A stretch of DNA of 64,000 bases from an uncultured virus (IMG/VR IMGVR_UViG_3300021255_004486) (IMGVR_UViG_3300021255_004486), one strand, 5' to 3'. Positions 8,990 through 21,936 are shown, counted from the stretch's first letter. Notes: a model not told the origin generated them from the sequence alone. Program-made: numbers and translations.

Positions 8990-9098
8990 GCATAAGTGCA
9001 GCACGGCAGTCTCGGGATCTTCCCGGGGCTGCTTTTTCGTGTACAGAAAGACCAGTAAAACCAGGAATCTTCCATATTTATATAAAGGGAGGTCACAA

Positions 9099-9302
9099 AT
9101 GACGGAAAGCGAGAGAGGTATGAATCCAACAGATAAGCAGATCAAATACGCAGAATATCTTGCGAGGAGAATGTGTGTGGAACTGCCAAAGGAATGCACG
9201 AAACAAGCATATTCAGACTTTATATCAAAATGGAAACCCGCAGTACAGCACGAAGATGAAGGCATGAATGAACCGGATGCTTGGCAGATGCAGTATATGT
9301 AA
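9099..9302 (+). CDS. Hypothetical protein
   Basis: GGAGG RBS downstream of motif promoter. Confidence 0.65.
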   Translation: MTESERGMNPTDKQIKYAEYLARRMCVELPKECTKQAYSDFISKWKPAVQHEDEGMNEPDAWQMQYM

Positions 9303-9397
9303 CTCATTTTACCCCGGATTTTTATAAATTGCGGTAATTCTCCCATACTTATTCAAATACTGATGAAATGTTTCTACCTTATAAGGAGGGCGTGAAC

Positions 9398-10999
9398 ATG
9401 AAAATTGAACTGATTACCGATAAACAGTTATCGAACAGTTCACTTGATACACTGTTCCATATTGATGACTCGGGATGGGAAAACCCCGAAGAGACGTATG
9501 GGGCACTAAGAGAACTGTTTGACAGACTTGATGGCGACGGGCCATTTGATCTGGTAAACCTTGGAAGCAGGAATACCCCGGAGCTTATGCTCTTACAGAC
9601 AAACCCCGCTGTGGGACGCGATGTCATAATCAAGATCTCACCCGAAGGAAATGTGCAGATCGATGATCCAAACATCGAAAAAGGCGTAATGGAACTGGCA
9701 AGCGAGTTAAATGAAGAGATGCAGGCTCAAACACCGCACATGTTTGATGAACTTGAAGTGCCCAAAGATGAGAGAGTCTCTGTACAGGATTTTCTTAAGG
9801 ATACATTCTCCGGTCTTGAAGATAAGATGGATAACTCGGCATTTTCAACACTGAAGAAGGAATTCAATGAGAACAGGTCTAACAAGGAACTACGCAAAGA
9901 GCTCAAGGATGACTTAGCTTCTGTAAAGGAAGAGATCAAGAAGTTATCTGATGAGATCAAGCAGGAACTTGGCATGGCGCGGGTAAATGGCCTTAATAAA
10001 GAAGAGGCTGACAGGATAGAGCAGAAGGTGTACCAGGTTGCAGGCTTAACAGAACGTGCGGCAGAATTAAAAGAAAATCTCGCATCGACCAAGGTCAGCA
10101 TAATGGATACGCTCAAGGAAGCCGGAATGGTGGCGAGAGCCTGGGCAAAGAACACATTTAAGAAGATCGAAATGGGGTTCGATGCAAAGATAAAGTCGGG
10201 ACGTGACTTTATGGGCAAAGTTAAGGAATCGATACACTTGGCCAATGAGCGTGCACTTACGCGTTCAGCCTCCGCGTTTACAAGCTTGGGCGTTGATATC
10301 AATAATCTATTCCGGCAGGAAGTACAAAGAGAGTATCTCTTTGATAAAGCTATTGAAAGTAAACTCGTCAGCCTTCACGTAGGACTTGAAGCCATTTACA
10401 CAAGAGAGAATAACATCAAGCAGGCATTCAAGAATCTTGGTAATGCATTCGTAGGTAAAGAGCAGGATAACAGCGTAAGAGAGTATTCTGAGGCACAGAA
10501 AGCATCTCTCAGCTTTGTCGATGGAATGTTAAGCTCTGTTCAGCACGAAATGCAATACTTAAAAGATGGATATGAGAAGACGCAAGAGTACGACAGAGAG
10601 AAGATCGCAGTTTTACAGCAGGATAGAGCTGAACTGGGACTCGAATCATCAAAAGGACTTGAGAGGTCTCTTGAAGGTCTTAAGGATATCGATGACCATC
10701 GCTCATTTAAGGACATGATCAAGGATGCGATAAAGAACATCAAGGAAAAACCGGAGAGTAACAGCTTTCATCAAGATATGGATACGATATCCGAGAGATA
10801 TGAATATACAAACGCTATCAGTAAGGCAGATAACTCACCGGCAATAGAGAGCGGATCGGGAGAAAAAGAATTCTCCGAGGTTGTTAAGGAAATCAAAGAA
10901 GCACGCGAGCAGCGCAAAACAGAAAAAGTGCCGGATCGCCAGGAGAAGGCAAAGACCGAACCGGTTAAAGATGATGGGCCCGATGACAGGGTAAGATAA
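9398..10999 (+). CDS. Coiled-coil-rich hypothetical protein
   Basis: AAGGAGG RBS; long ORF. Confidence 0.75.
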   Translation: MKIELITDKQLSNSSLDTLFHIDDSGWENPEETYGALRELFDRLDGDGPFDLVNLGSRNTPELMLLQTNPAVGRDVIIKISPEGNVQIDDPNIEKGVMELASELNEEMQAQTPHMFDELEVPKDERVSVQDFLKDTFSGLEDKMDNSAFSTLKKEFNENRSNKELRKELKDDLASVKEEIKKLSDEIKQELGMARVNGLNKEEADRIEQKVYQVAGLTERAAELKENLASTKVSIMDTLKEAGMVARAWAKNTFKKIEMGFDAKIKSGRDFMGKVKESIHLANERALTRSASAFTSLGVDINNLFRQEVQREYLFDKAIESKLVSLHVGLEAIYTRENNIKQAFKNLGNAFVGKEQDNSVREYSEAQKASLSFVDGMLSSVQHEMQYLKDGYEKTQEYDREKIAVLQQDRAELGLESSKGLERSLEGLKDIDDHRSFKDMIKDAIKNIKEKPESNSFHQDMDTISERYEYTNAISKADNSPAIESGSGEKEFSEVVKEIKEAREQRKTEKVPDRQEKAKTEPVKDDGPDDRVR

Positions 11000-11190
11000 T
11001 AACAGCAACAAGGATGGGGCGCAGATGCGCTCCATTTTTGTATGCTATAATCAAACTGTATGGATGGATTTTTAATAATTTTTCGTGTACAGAAAACCAA
11101 CGTAAATCTCAAATCTTCCATACTATATATAGAAAGGTAAAAATCGTGTATAGAAAATGATATACACAAGCGCAACAACAGGTACAAGAT

Positions 11191-11967
11191 ATGGGTATTT
11201 TCAAAGCAAGCGACTTAAAACTGTATAAGAAGGGTAAGATCACCTTAGAAGAATATATAGATAGGCAGGCACAGGTATTCATCTCGTTCTGCGTTGGGTT
11301 CTTTGATGACACAGTATCGACGAACATGGAGATACGAAGAGCTTTTAACTACGAAGAGATGGATTTTATAAAAAAGGATATTGAAACCGCGAAAACAGAT
11401 CCAGAGTCTTTAAGTGAAATAAGCAAGTCTACTCTTTATGACTGTGCATACGGGGATATAAAGATACTCAAAACATATATCAAATGGAGAAACGACGTTC
11501 ATCTTTCTGGTGCGGCGGTTATACTTAGCGGCACAAATAATGTTGCGGCAAAAGCGGGCAAGCCTCTTTCCAAGGAAATATTTGTAAAGGCATGCTTAAA
11601 GCCGGAGAATATAGCGGCGGCAAAGGAAAAGTATCCGGCAGCAATGAAAGAGCTGATCGACATGCCTGTTAAGACAGGAGGAGAAGGTATAGACTGGACG
11701 AAGAGGCAGAACTACGGACTGTCACTCCTCAAAGAGCACACTTTTTCCAAGTTCTACGACTTCTGTATACGATTTTTGGAGTGCTCAAACACCGGGATAA
11801 ACTGCTTTAATGAGAATGGATTCATCATTGGCGCAGATGGCGAGCTGATGGAGAATGACTTCATCGCTACAGAGTATAAGCACCCCGAGGGGATATTTGA
11901 GATCCCGGGAATTGACGGGTTCAAAGAAATGAGCGTTTCAGACATGATGAAAAGCATAAAGAAATAA
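11191..11967 (+). CDS. Hypothetical protein
   Basis: 258-aa ORF after motif promoter. Confidence 0.7.
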   Translation: MGIFKASDLKLYKKGKITLEEYIDRQAQVFISFCVGFFDDTVSTNMEIRRAFNYEEMDFIKKDIETAKTDPESLSEISKSTLYDCAYGDIKILKTYIKWRNDVHLSGAAVILSGTNNVAAKAGKPLSKEIFVKACLKPENIAAAKEKYPAAMKELIDMPVKTGGEGIDWTKRQNYGLSLLKEHTFSKFYDFCIRFLECSNTGINCFNENGFIIGADGELMENDFIATEYKHPEGIFEIPGIDGFKEMSVSDMMKSIKK

Positions 11968-12034
11968 TTCGTATACAGAAAACACGTCTTGCGATATTTT
12001 TGATTTGCTCATCTTCCATATTTATATTAGAGAA

Positions 12035-12770
12035 CCAAATATGGAAGAAAGTTCGGCCCTGACTAAGCCGGACGAAACATAATCGCCTAAATGCTTCAAT
12101 AAATATCGTAAGATGCGTAGTGACATCAGAATGTTACTGCTTTGGGAATAGTCACCCCAAATTAAGGCAGTTTCAGATATATAAGTCATTAACGGTACAT
12201 CTAAATGGGGCATCTTACGAGACGCGAAAACGTTTGAAGCAACCCAGGCGAGGATGTGCCGTTTTTGTTTTGAACAAATCGGTGGTGTTGAGAGGCAAAT
12301 CACCAGTAAAACAACCTTTGCTACAGAAGACAGAAGTTAATCGTTCTTTAATCTATGCAGGAATCGCCGTTAAAGGGTGTGGGGGTATCCCTGTTCTTAT
12401 CCGGTGATGCTTGGTCAACTGTTCGTTCACGACTAAAAACTGTACTACCCGGATGTAAAACAATGTAAATAAGAACCCTTAAAGGGACACCGTCCTGTGA
12501 GTGGGGAATATGAGGCGATTGATAATCGAGCGCGTTTGATGGCAGACCTTGGCGCTGAACGCCTTTGCAGGCGCAAAACTCGTAGCCTCTGGTAACAGAG
12601 GCGGATAATACGGATACCGACCGTCATTCGACGGAAAGTGTGTGTGTTATTCTTCCTTTCGTAGATATGTATGTAAGTGACGCTTTGGAAGTGTGCATAT
12701 CTGCGAGGGGGAGGGATGAAGCCGTGTTCCGCCGTTTTCTCTGGAAAGGGTGGGTGAGCAGCTCATATAA
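12035..12770 (+). ncRNA. Candidate large structured ncRNA (about 700 nt)
   Basis: No credible ORF; many nested helices; motif promoter directly upstream. Confidence 0.55.
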
Positions 12771-12875
12771 AGTAAATCTTTCTGTATACGAAAAACAGGC
12801 GAAATCCTTGTTATATTTCCGTTGTTATTCCACTTTTACTGTGTAACTGATAACTGCATAGTAAAGGAGGTTCAC

Positions 12876-13028
12876 ATGCCGGAAATCAAGTATAGCTATA
12901 TTTCCAAGGGTAGCGACGGATACTACCGTGTTACAGCAGGAAGTGACATCAGTATTACTTGTGATGTCGGCGAACTCGATGAGACTATCGAGGAGATCCG
13001 TTCTATGATGACGGAACTGGTTGCATAG
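12876..13028 (+). CDS. Small hypothetical protein (50 aa)
   Basis: AAGGAGG RBS. Confidence 0.6.
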   Translation: MPEIKYSYISKGSDGYYRVTAGSDISITCDVGELDETIEEIRSMMTELVA

Positions 13029-13211
13029 TCCATCAATTAAACATTTGCAATGTCAAAGAAGAGCCCGTACATTCGGGCTTTTCTGTTCTTATTTTTTCTT
13101 ACTTCACCCACATTTACAGTGTAACTGTTATGAGTAATGGAGGTAATAATCGAATACCTCCTTTATTTATGCTTAATTTTATCGTTGCGCTAAGTGCAAG
13201 GAGGAATCAGA

Positions 13212-14186
13212 ATGAAGAAACATACAAAATGGAACGAGGTTCTCATCAACGAGTTAAGAGAACTGGGTAAATCACATACCGCAGCAGAAATGCTTGTATT
13301 ATCGGGCTGTGATAAGACTATGACTCTTGCGTCTTTTAAGAGCAAACTCAGTAATTTCAAAATTCCCTATATCCCCACCGATAACAGCAATGTCATAGCT
13401 CAGTCTGCAACTGTATCTGATGATATAGTTATAGATAACTATAACAATGAAGTTAAGACGGAGAGGAAGACCACTACAAGGAAAAACTGGGAAAGAAAGA
13501 GTTTTGAGGAGCACCTGTCTGAATACATCGAGTTTAAGGCTAAGTATGGTAGAAATCCCAAATCTGGAATACCGGAAGAAAAGTCTCTTTATAACTGGAT
13601 GTTCAATCAGACTGCCAGGATCAAAGCAGGGAAGTTATCTTCTGACAAAATCGCTCTTTTAGAGAAGGCCGGCGTTGATATCCCTAATAGAGGAAATCAA
13701 GCGGAATACCTCAAAGAAAAGGGTATTGTCACGGAAGAGGACTATTGCTTTGGTGCAGGAGATAATATCTCCGCCCGTATGCAGAACTATTTGGCAAAGG
13801 TTGAATCGGCACGGAATAATTTCCCCGAGCGTGGAACATACTTTTACAAATGGATCAGCATACAGTTTGCCCACAACGGGGCAGCCTTAAAAGACTGGCA
13901 GAGGGATGCCTGGATCGCGGCAGGATTTAAGATTAAGGCATTTTCCTGTGGACGAGATAAGAGTGGTTATACGCTCACAGAGGGCCGTAAAAAGGCCTGG
14001 GTTGAGAAGTACACTCAGTATGCATCGTTCATTAAAGAGACCGGACGCATCCCGAGAAACAACAAGGAATGCAAGGAAGAGGCTGCATTGTACTACTGGA
14101 AGCATGCTGAAATCAAAGCCATACTTAAGAACACTCGCACAGACGAGCAGATATCATATCTTAAAAAAGTAGGTATCGCAGCATAA
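13212..14186 (+). CDS. Protein with helicase-associated (HA)-like repeats
   Basis: Two repeats of type W/FEE...F...GR-P...E..LY.W...Q...L...G. Confidence 0.65.
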   Translation: MKKHTKWNEVLINELRELGKSHTAAEMLVLSGCDKTMTLASFKSKLSNFKIPYIPTDNSNVIAQSATVSDDIVIDNYNNEVKTERKTTTRKNWERKSFEEHLSEYIEFKAKYGRNPKSGIPEEKSLYNWMFNQTARIKAGKLSSDKIALLEKAGVDIPNRGNQAEYLKEKGIVTEEDYCFGAGDNISARMQNYLAKVESARNNFPERGTYFYKWISIQFAHNGAALKDWQRDAWIAAGFKIKAFSCGRDKSGYTLTEGRKKAWVEKYTQYASFIKETGRIPRNNKECKEEAALYYWKHAEIKAILKNTRTDEQISYLKKVGIAA

Positions 14187-17100
14187 TAAGGAATTCGATT
14201 AAAGCCATCCAATTTTGGGTGGCTTTTCCTTATTTTCGGCATCATAACTCATTCTTAATATATCCAATAAACCCCATAGTGGAGAATAAAACATAAGGAG
14301 GAAAAAAATATGGGTACAAGCGTTGAATTTGACGCTATTTTGCACAGCAATCTCAAACTGATGAATGAGATGTTTATCAAGTTCATCACGGGACAGGGCA
14401 CGATAGCGGTCAGAAACGAGCGGGATTTTCGCCATTTCATTGAGCTTCTGGAATACCATAATGTGTTATTCATAATGAATAACCCCGGTAAATACAGAAA
14501 CTACGATGAGTGGGTTCATCTCGCAATAGCCAATAACAAGAAGCACGATGTATTCTGCTTCGAGTATCAACCTGGTAAAGGGTTATCATGGTACGACAAC
14601 GTAGAAGAGCCTACCAAATGGTATGGTGAAGCTCCGATGGTTATACCGGAACCCGAGATGCCTTGGTAAAGGAGGAGGAATAAAAAATGCAGAAATTCGC
14701 AAAACAGTGGAACGGTAAGACAATCGAGGACTGGGGAGGATACCAGTCTATCGAGTGGAAGTCGTTCTGTAAGTGCTTCAAAGGTGCTATTAAGCGTAAC
14801 ACCTATGGCTACGAGATCAAGGGCGAGAAATCTTTTAGCCCCGGTCATTATTGTCTGTCAGGCTTTGTCGCAAAGGGAGATGCTCATTATTACATCTCTT
14901 TTGACTATGACCGTGGACTTCCTGTTAATCTTTCCAAGAAATCCTGGGCAGGCCCGATTCTTTGGAGAAGAGCCAAGGACACCAAGGATTATCACGGAGG
15001 TATCAATCACTTCTCAACGGCTGAAAACCTTTTTGACGAGATCGAGGCCGACTTTGAAGCAAGATGCAGGGAGGTAGCATAATGAGAGGCATTCCAAGAT
15101 CATGTATCCTTGTCTGTAATACGAAATGGGGATACATAATGGCTCCGATCGAATGCAAATCTATTGCCGAGGCTAAGAGAATAGGTGATAGCATGGATAT
15201 GGCATACCGAGTTCTTGACACTAAGGGCAATTTGATTTGCCGAGGTTAACTTTTTATCCCGCGTGAGGGGATTGTTTAATTGCAACCCCGTCTCACGCGC
15301 GGGGTAGGAGAAAACAATAATGACAAAAGAAGAGTTTGAGGCAAAATGCTATGAAGCATACCAATTAGACTGGATGATATCTCATGGCTGTTCAATAAAA
15401 GATATAAAAACTGCTTTGTTGGACGGTCTCAGAGAATGCGTGGGCTATGACCCGATTACAGATGAAAATAAACTGAGGGTTGCCTGGGAAGACGCGGAAG
15501 ATCTATTTGAAAATCACCAGGGCTTCGGCTCGGGAAGCATCTATGTATGTAAAGAGGAATTCCTTGGAGCAGAGTTTGAGGACGATGCTTACATGGAACA
15601 CCTTATCTCGCTTATGCCAAATTCTAAAGAGATGGAAAGGTTTTGGCGTACAAAGTATAAGCGATGCACTTATCAGCCGAAAGCCGAAGTCGCAACATCT
15701 GCGGGAGTTATTAAAGCATACGAAGACACCAATCCCGATCAACCGGGCATTTCAGTCGTTCTTCAGCCTGCGGGTATGGATTGTGAGATAGATCTTTCGT
15801 ATATCTCTGTATACGAAAATTCAAATCTCGCCACCCGTGGTCAGCGTCCTGTTGACGTAGTCATTGCTACATTCGCAGACGCATACAGTGAAGATTACAC
15901 ATCGTATGACATTATCCGCAGAGAAGATGTCGTAGAAGCACTGAAGGAGGAATAAAGATGAATCTTACAGGAATGAGCTTCACCCTTAAGATGGATCGCC
16001 CGATCAAAAGAGAGCAGCACTACATTTCTCCCGGCGGGTACATCTTAAATGGCAAAGAGTTTGATTTTTGCCGTTCCCAGGGTTGTATTGATGATAGAGA
16101 CAAGTCAAAAGTCCACTTCTATGTGGACGATATCGACGAATCCTATTCAGAAGATATCACTCCCGAGGATGTTTCAGGCGAGTTTTCGGAATTCTTCGTG
16201 TATACCGGAGAATACGATGAACCCGAGATCAACGCCGTAAGAGTTGAGGGGCTTAAGTTCTACTTCGGCAATGACCTTGTCGAGTGCCCGAGGCAGGCTC
16301 TTGAGTCGGCAAACGAATGCTTAATAGCATAGGAGGAAGCAGGATGAAGATGATAAGACTTACCAGAAGCATCACACGAGCCGAGAGTGAACCCGTTTAC
16401 ATCAATGTAGACGCTATTTCTTCGATTGAGAAGGATCAGCAGACTGCTCTTACCAAAATCTGCCTTACAAACGGAGGTGTATATTCCGATATATGGGAGA
16501 ACGTAGACGAGGTTATAACCAGGCTCCGCGAGGCAGGGCTTAATATCATATAAGGAGGAATACAATGGTAATCAAGGACTTCGTAAAAGACGTTACCGCT
16601 TTTGCGAACGATGATGTTGAAGCAATCAAGGCTATCGCTCTTTATAATAAGGGCGCAGCTCCTTTCGAGGATACGCTTAAGTATATCATCGCTCTGTATG
16701 AGAAAAAGAAAAACTGAATATGTTTACAAGGAAAAGAGTCTTCGGGCTCTTTTCTTTATTTTTGCTCATATATTCCACATTTATTGTACATTCGTAGCTT
16801 AAAACGGAGCAAATACAATATAAGGAGGAATAAATATGGATTATTTGAAAGCTCAGATTTATGAGCCCGACCTTAAGCTAAATGGGACGCTTCCCGAGCT
16901 TATAGATCAGGCAAATCGTTATCCATCAGATTATTCTGATGAAGCGCTTGAGCGTATTTCAGAGTTGGCCAAAGATTATGGAATGGATGAGCAGTATGTT
17001 CAGATCCCACTTCTTATCAAGGCTGAAAGAAAACGCACAGGCGTTCCTTATGAGAGGATGAAGATAGACTGGTATCTTTCCAACCAGATAAGCTATTCTG

Positions 17101-20100
17101 AGTCCAATTTTGAGGGAAATGAAGGCGTAGAACTTGAGATAAGAAACGAGGACGACCGAGTTTTGATATCTCTCACAGGAATCGATGATGATGGTGAATG
17201 GAATGCAGCCGGTTTCTACTGTATCGACGAATTTATGTCGGGAGAAGATAACTGGTTGGATGCAGCCATCGGAAACATCCTGTACTACAGCAAGATGTAC
17301 GAGGAGGAATAAGAATGAAAGTAGCAACAGGACATTACTTTAATCTCTTTTCAGAGGCCGGATACGACAATTATGGTTTGAAGGTCAACTTCGACATAAT
17401 GATCATATTCCCGGAGTGGACAGAACTTAATAAAGACATGATTGACACTCTTGAACTGATGCTTGAAGGGAGGCTCAGAGGTTTAGGCCTTGAGGATCCC
17501 TTTGCAAAGAAACAGAAGGTCAAGGATACCGTCAAAACGGTTCTTGAAGCCCTGGATTATGAGTATGAGAGAATCATTGTTGAAATCAGGCCGGGAATCT
17601 TTTAATAGTCTAAAGGAGAAAAAGTGATGGAAAACACCCGTGTAGAGTATCTTTATAGAGATGCGTCAAACTACAAAAAGCACAACGAAGTGGTAGTCTC
17701 TGGTGCATGCAGCAAGGAAGACATCGATTATGTAATGGGAGAAGTTACAGACTTTATTCCCGAACAGCTCGGACTTCCGCTGTTAAGGCCCGATGACAAT
17801 ATCACCGAGGATGATCATTGTTACGCAGAACTTATCTCAATCGAAGAGACAGATGAGCCCGCAACAATATCTATGACGTGGGAAGAATTGCTGTCAGCCT
17901 TTAAGGAGGCTATTGACGGCGGTTGGGATGATGTCACATACGCAGTATAGGAGGAAAACTAATGCAGTTCATAAATCTGATGGACGCAAACCCGCAGTGG
18001 TCTCTCGAAAGTGTAATCGAGATTACCACAAAAATCTTTGAGTATTGCAAAGCTCATAACATCAAAGATGCAAGTCTCACCCGTGTAGAAGATAACACAT
18101 GGGCAGATGAGCTTAACGAGCGCTATGACATCGAGATTGCGTATACGAATGAAGCAGGATGTGAAACGCGTCAGATTTTGCTTTATCTGTGCGGTCAGAT
18201 CGTAGACGGAGAAGAATTTCACAAGAGATACAAGGAATTCTATCCAGACCGGTATGACAGGAGGCATATAGCGTGAGTAAAGAGCAATACAAGAAGAAAC
18301 TGATCAAGATGGGATATCGGATCGAAGGTGACACTACATATCTCGACACACCATACGGTGTATGGATAGAGAAGATTGTAGAATCACCCCTCGGGTTTGG
18401 GCTTATAACCATCAAAAATCCACTCAAGGAGGCAGAAAAATGAAAGACAAAATCTGTGAAATAGGCATATCAGTGTTAATGTGCCTGTGGATATACGGAC
18501 TTTCACTTATCTGAAGGAGGAATACAGATGAAGATTTATGGTCTCACAATAGTACACTCTGATGGTGGTATCATCTCAGAGGACTTAAATGGCAAAGAAG
18601 AATATAGAGAGTCAATAACAAAGCTCTTTACATCCAGGGAGGATGTTACAAGCTACGCGCTTTCCGCAGCCGAGAAATACTTTGACTTAGACGACGAGTT
18701 TTCCGAGTCTATGGACGGAGAACCCGAGGCATCGGATGATAACGGATGCACCCTTGCAGACATCAAAGAAAGACTTGCAAAGGGCGAGGATGACGTTATC
18801 CAGTACAGCTCGTACCATATTGAGTTTAACTTCTTCAGCCAGGAGGTAGAGATATGATAGCAGTAAGGAAAGTAAACGAAAATGCTGTCGCAGTATCTTT
18901 TGATCCTCGCGAAATCCTCATCAGAAAGCCCGGACGCAGCGAATATGGCAACGAACAGGTACTTGTATCCATCAAGGATAACAAGATCCAGATCAATAAA
19001 GATGTTGCCAAGCAGTTCGGAATCTCGATCGAATAATTTCATATTGTATTAACAGAAAGGGGCGTTACGCCTCTTTCTTTTTGTCTTATTTTTCGCTATA
19101 AATATCACTTTTATCTATATGTAACCAATAGTGGAGCATAAATACAATAAGGAGGAAAACGAATGAGTTATTATGCAAGCGGTGACGGATACGTCGCCAT
19201 CAAAGAAGGAATGGGAGAGAAACTCAAAGCATTCCTGGAGAAAAACAGAAAAGATATCGACAGCGATATCGACTGGGATATCTTCCCGGAGAGAAACTAC
19301 GCCGATATATGGGAGTCAGACTCATCTTATCATGAGGAAGACACGACAGAGTTCCTTGATAAGCTGTCTCCGTATATCATAAGCGGAAGTATTCGCTATT
19401 CCGGTGAGGGTGGCGACAACTGGCGGTTTGTATTTAATGAAAAAACCGGCAAGTGGAGCGAAGAGGCAGGAGCCGTGGTATACGGTGAACCTTATCTCTT
19501 TGAGGAAGATGGCCACAAGAAAGACCCCTACAAGGTAAATCAAATCGATAAACATCTGGAGGCCTCATCCTCAGATGAATACTACAATCCACAGCTTACC
19601 GGTGCAGGGGCCAAACCGATCAACCTTGATGATAATGCTCTTAAGATACTTAAGGCATATTATTCGGGAAGAGAAATCTATGTAGCATAAACAGTCAACC
19701 CCAAATGGGGACAGGGCGTAGGAGCGTCCTTTCCCCAGGGATGGGGATAAAGTAACTGTTAATGAGTAAGTATGATGAGGCAATCTCAGTATTGTCGATA
19801 ATCGGCGGCATTCTTGCCGTAATCTGTGCGCTTCTTTTGGAGGAACATCCAATCCCCGCCTTGATAGGCATGTGCATTGCGCTGACTCTTGTTGTTATCG
19901 ACAGAGTCTATTTCTCATTGCTTGAGATAGAGCACCTTGCACGGATGGATAAGATTCACAGAAGAATCAGACGTATCGATGAGATCGCATGAGGAGGAAT
20001 CAAAAATGGAAATTAACAGGATATTTGAATGGTCACCCAATCGATTCATAGTAGCTTATAACGGATGGGATTACATCTTCCGCACTCGTGAAGAGGCTGA

Positions 20101-20130
20101 GAAGTTTCTTGAGAAGAAGGAGGGCGGAAA

Positions 20131-20742
20131 ATGAGTCACGTTGTAAAATACTTTGACTATCCCGAAAACTGCAATCGAAAGTCAGTACAGGCTGAGTGCG
20201 ACCATCTCGCAGCCATGGATGACTGGGAAGAAGGCTGCTCTGGCCTCAATGCAGACATCCGTTGGTTAGAGCGTGAGCCTATCTGTAACTCGTACGAGGA
20301 AGCAGAAGAGCGCATCGGTCAGCTTGACAAGGGTTGGTATGATCAGCTTGCTGTACGCTACTATGAGGCCAAAGACGGCGTTAGAAAGCAGTCCAAAGCC
20401 TACGAGAATGCAGTTCAGATGCTTACAAATGCAAACCAGGCGCAGCAGGATTTGAAAGTAAAGATACGCGAAGCGTTCTTTAACCGGAAGTCCGAGTTTT
20501 GTGGATGCAAAGAGTGTGGAAGCAAACTGTCAATGAAACACCTTAAGGGAACCAACTGTCCCTTATGCGGACGGAATCTCCTGTCTGAAACCGATACTGA
20601 CAGGCTTATGAAGGCTGATCAGAGAAGGATTGAGGCACAGAAGAGAGTAGCAGAAGAGGAAAAGAAGGACAGTTTGAGAATAGCAAAGCAAGCCAAAAAC
20701 CGCCAGGTTAGATGGCTTGTCAAGATCGAGTATCACGTATAG
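20131..20742 (+). CDS. Zinc-ribbon-containing hypothetical protein
   Basis: CKECGS...CPLCG. Confidence 0.7.
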   Translation: MSHVVKYFDYPENCNRKSVQAECDHLAAMDDWEEGCSGLNADIRWLEREPICNSYEEAEERIGQLDKGWYDQLAVRYYEAKDGVRKQSKAYENAVQMLTNANQAQQDLKVKIREAFFNRKSEFCGCKECGSKLSMKHLKGTNCPLCGRNLLSETDTDRLMKADQRRIEAQKRVAEEEKKDSLRIAKQAKNRQVRWLVKIEYHV

Positions 20743-20751
20743 TTAGGAGGA

Positions 20752-21369
20752 ATGAACATGCCAAACTGGTGTTATACAAGCTACCGCATTACCCGCTCAA
20801 AAGAAAACGGAGTTACAGACCTTTATAACAAGCTCCAAGCCTGGATAAAGGAAGGCACAAAGATCGAAAACTCATGGAAAAATGAGTGGCTTGGTCTGTT
20901 CGTAGAGAAGGCCCTGGGAGATGATCCGGTAAAGGGTAAATACGAATGCCGAGGATGCTATGGAGACATAGCACTCAGCGCTGATGGGACGGAGATCACG
21001 TTTTGGACGGAGACTGCATGGTCACCAATGGTATCTATGTGGATAGACATCGTAGATAAGTATTGTCCGGACGCTCAGTTGTATTTTACAGCCGAAGAGT
21101 GCGGCAATGAGATCTATATGTCTAACGATCCCGAGATGCTCAATAAGTGGATCATAGACTCTTACGGAGATTGGGATATGGAGACGGTTTGTGATGCATC
21201 TGTTGATGATGTCAGAGATGTGATCCGCGAACTGTTCCCGCAGCGTAAGCGTATTCCCAAGAGAGACGATCTCATTGAGAAGTTTCTCAACAAGAATTGG
21301 GAGGTGTTCCATGAGGCAGAACTTTCCATTCACAGATGGGACGAGGTCTCTCTTGATGATGTAGCGTAA
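20752..21369 (+). CDS. DUF1281/YubB-like protein
   Basis: MPNWC N-terminus and F-TETAWSP motif. Confidence 0.55.
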   Translation: MNMPNWCYTSYRITRSKENGVTDLYNKLQAWIKEGTKIENSWKNEWLGLFVEKALGDDPVKGKYECRGCYGDIALSADGTEITFWTETAWSPMVSMWIDIVDKYCPDAQLYFTAEECGNEIYMSNDPEMLNKWIIDSYGDWDMETVCDASVDDVRDVIRELFPQRKRIPKRDDLIEKFLNKNWEVFHEAELSIHRWDEVSLDDVA

Positions 21370-21453
21370 TTTCATATTGTATTAAAGAGAGCTGTGGGGA
21401 AACTCACAGCTTTTCTATTGCCAGGATGACCAAGTAAATTCGACAAAAATATG

Positions 21454-21482
21454 TTGACACAAGTATATTGATTTGATATAGT
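21454..21482 (+). promoter_or_regulatory. SigA-type promoter upstream of tRNA array
   Basis: TTGACA-17bp-TATAGT with TG extension. Confidence 0.65.
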
Positions 21483-21864
21483 TAATATATCGAAAGTGCC
21501 TGTTCGATTATTTTTGGTATCAAGAATAATTGTTCGAGGCATTTTTTTTTGTGTACAGAAAACCGATTTGGCAGACCAATCTTCCATACTTAATATAAAA
21601 GGCAGATAGAGGTATAAAGATGCAAAGACAACAGTGGACAAAGCGAATATTGAACGCGAGAGCATATTCACAGAGTATGCTTATTACACTGTGCGCAAAT
21701 ACCGATGTCTTTGCTGATACATTAGGATCACTCTATGCGCCCGAACACGAAGATAATAAAGGGATAAATGGACGATTGCGATGTTAAGGAATAGTAGATA
21801 ACCCTGACAAATATGCAAGAACCGCAATCGTCTGTAAGGTAAAACCAAGCAGGCGATTTTTTAT

Positions 21865-21936
21865 TCCCCCATAGTGTAGAGGTAACACGACTGACTGTTA
21901 ATCAGTTATCCCATGGTTCGAGCCCAGGTGGGGGAG
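21865..21936 (+). tRNA. tRNA-Asn(GTT)
   Basis: Cloverleaf, CTGTTAA loop. Confidence 0.9.

Larger units (their letters stand above)
14310..21369 (+). other. Cluster of about 20 small co-oriented hypothetical genes (e.g. 14310-14669, 14687-15082, 15320-15955, 15958-16332, 16836-17312, 17315-17605, 17624-17950, 17962-18276, 18528-18857, 19163-19690, 19762-19992)
   Basis: Tightly packed ORFs with strong GGAGG RBSs, typical of phage or plasmid accessory regions. Confidence 0.75.

Noticed and set aside
12059..12070. Hammerhead ribozyme at CTGACTAAG...CGAAAC
   Set aside because: The core reads CTGACTA rather than CTGANGA, and I could not build the required stems.
12022..12846. ORFs 12022-12303, 12120-12407, 12445-12627 and 12640-12846 as genes
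   Set aside because: No RBS, alternative starts and atypical composition; the region is better explained as structured RNA.
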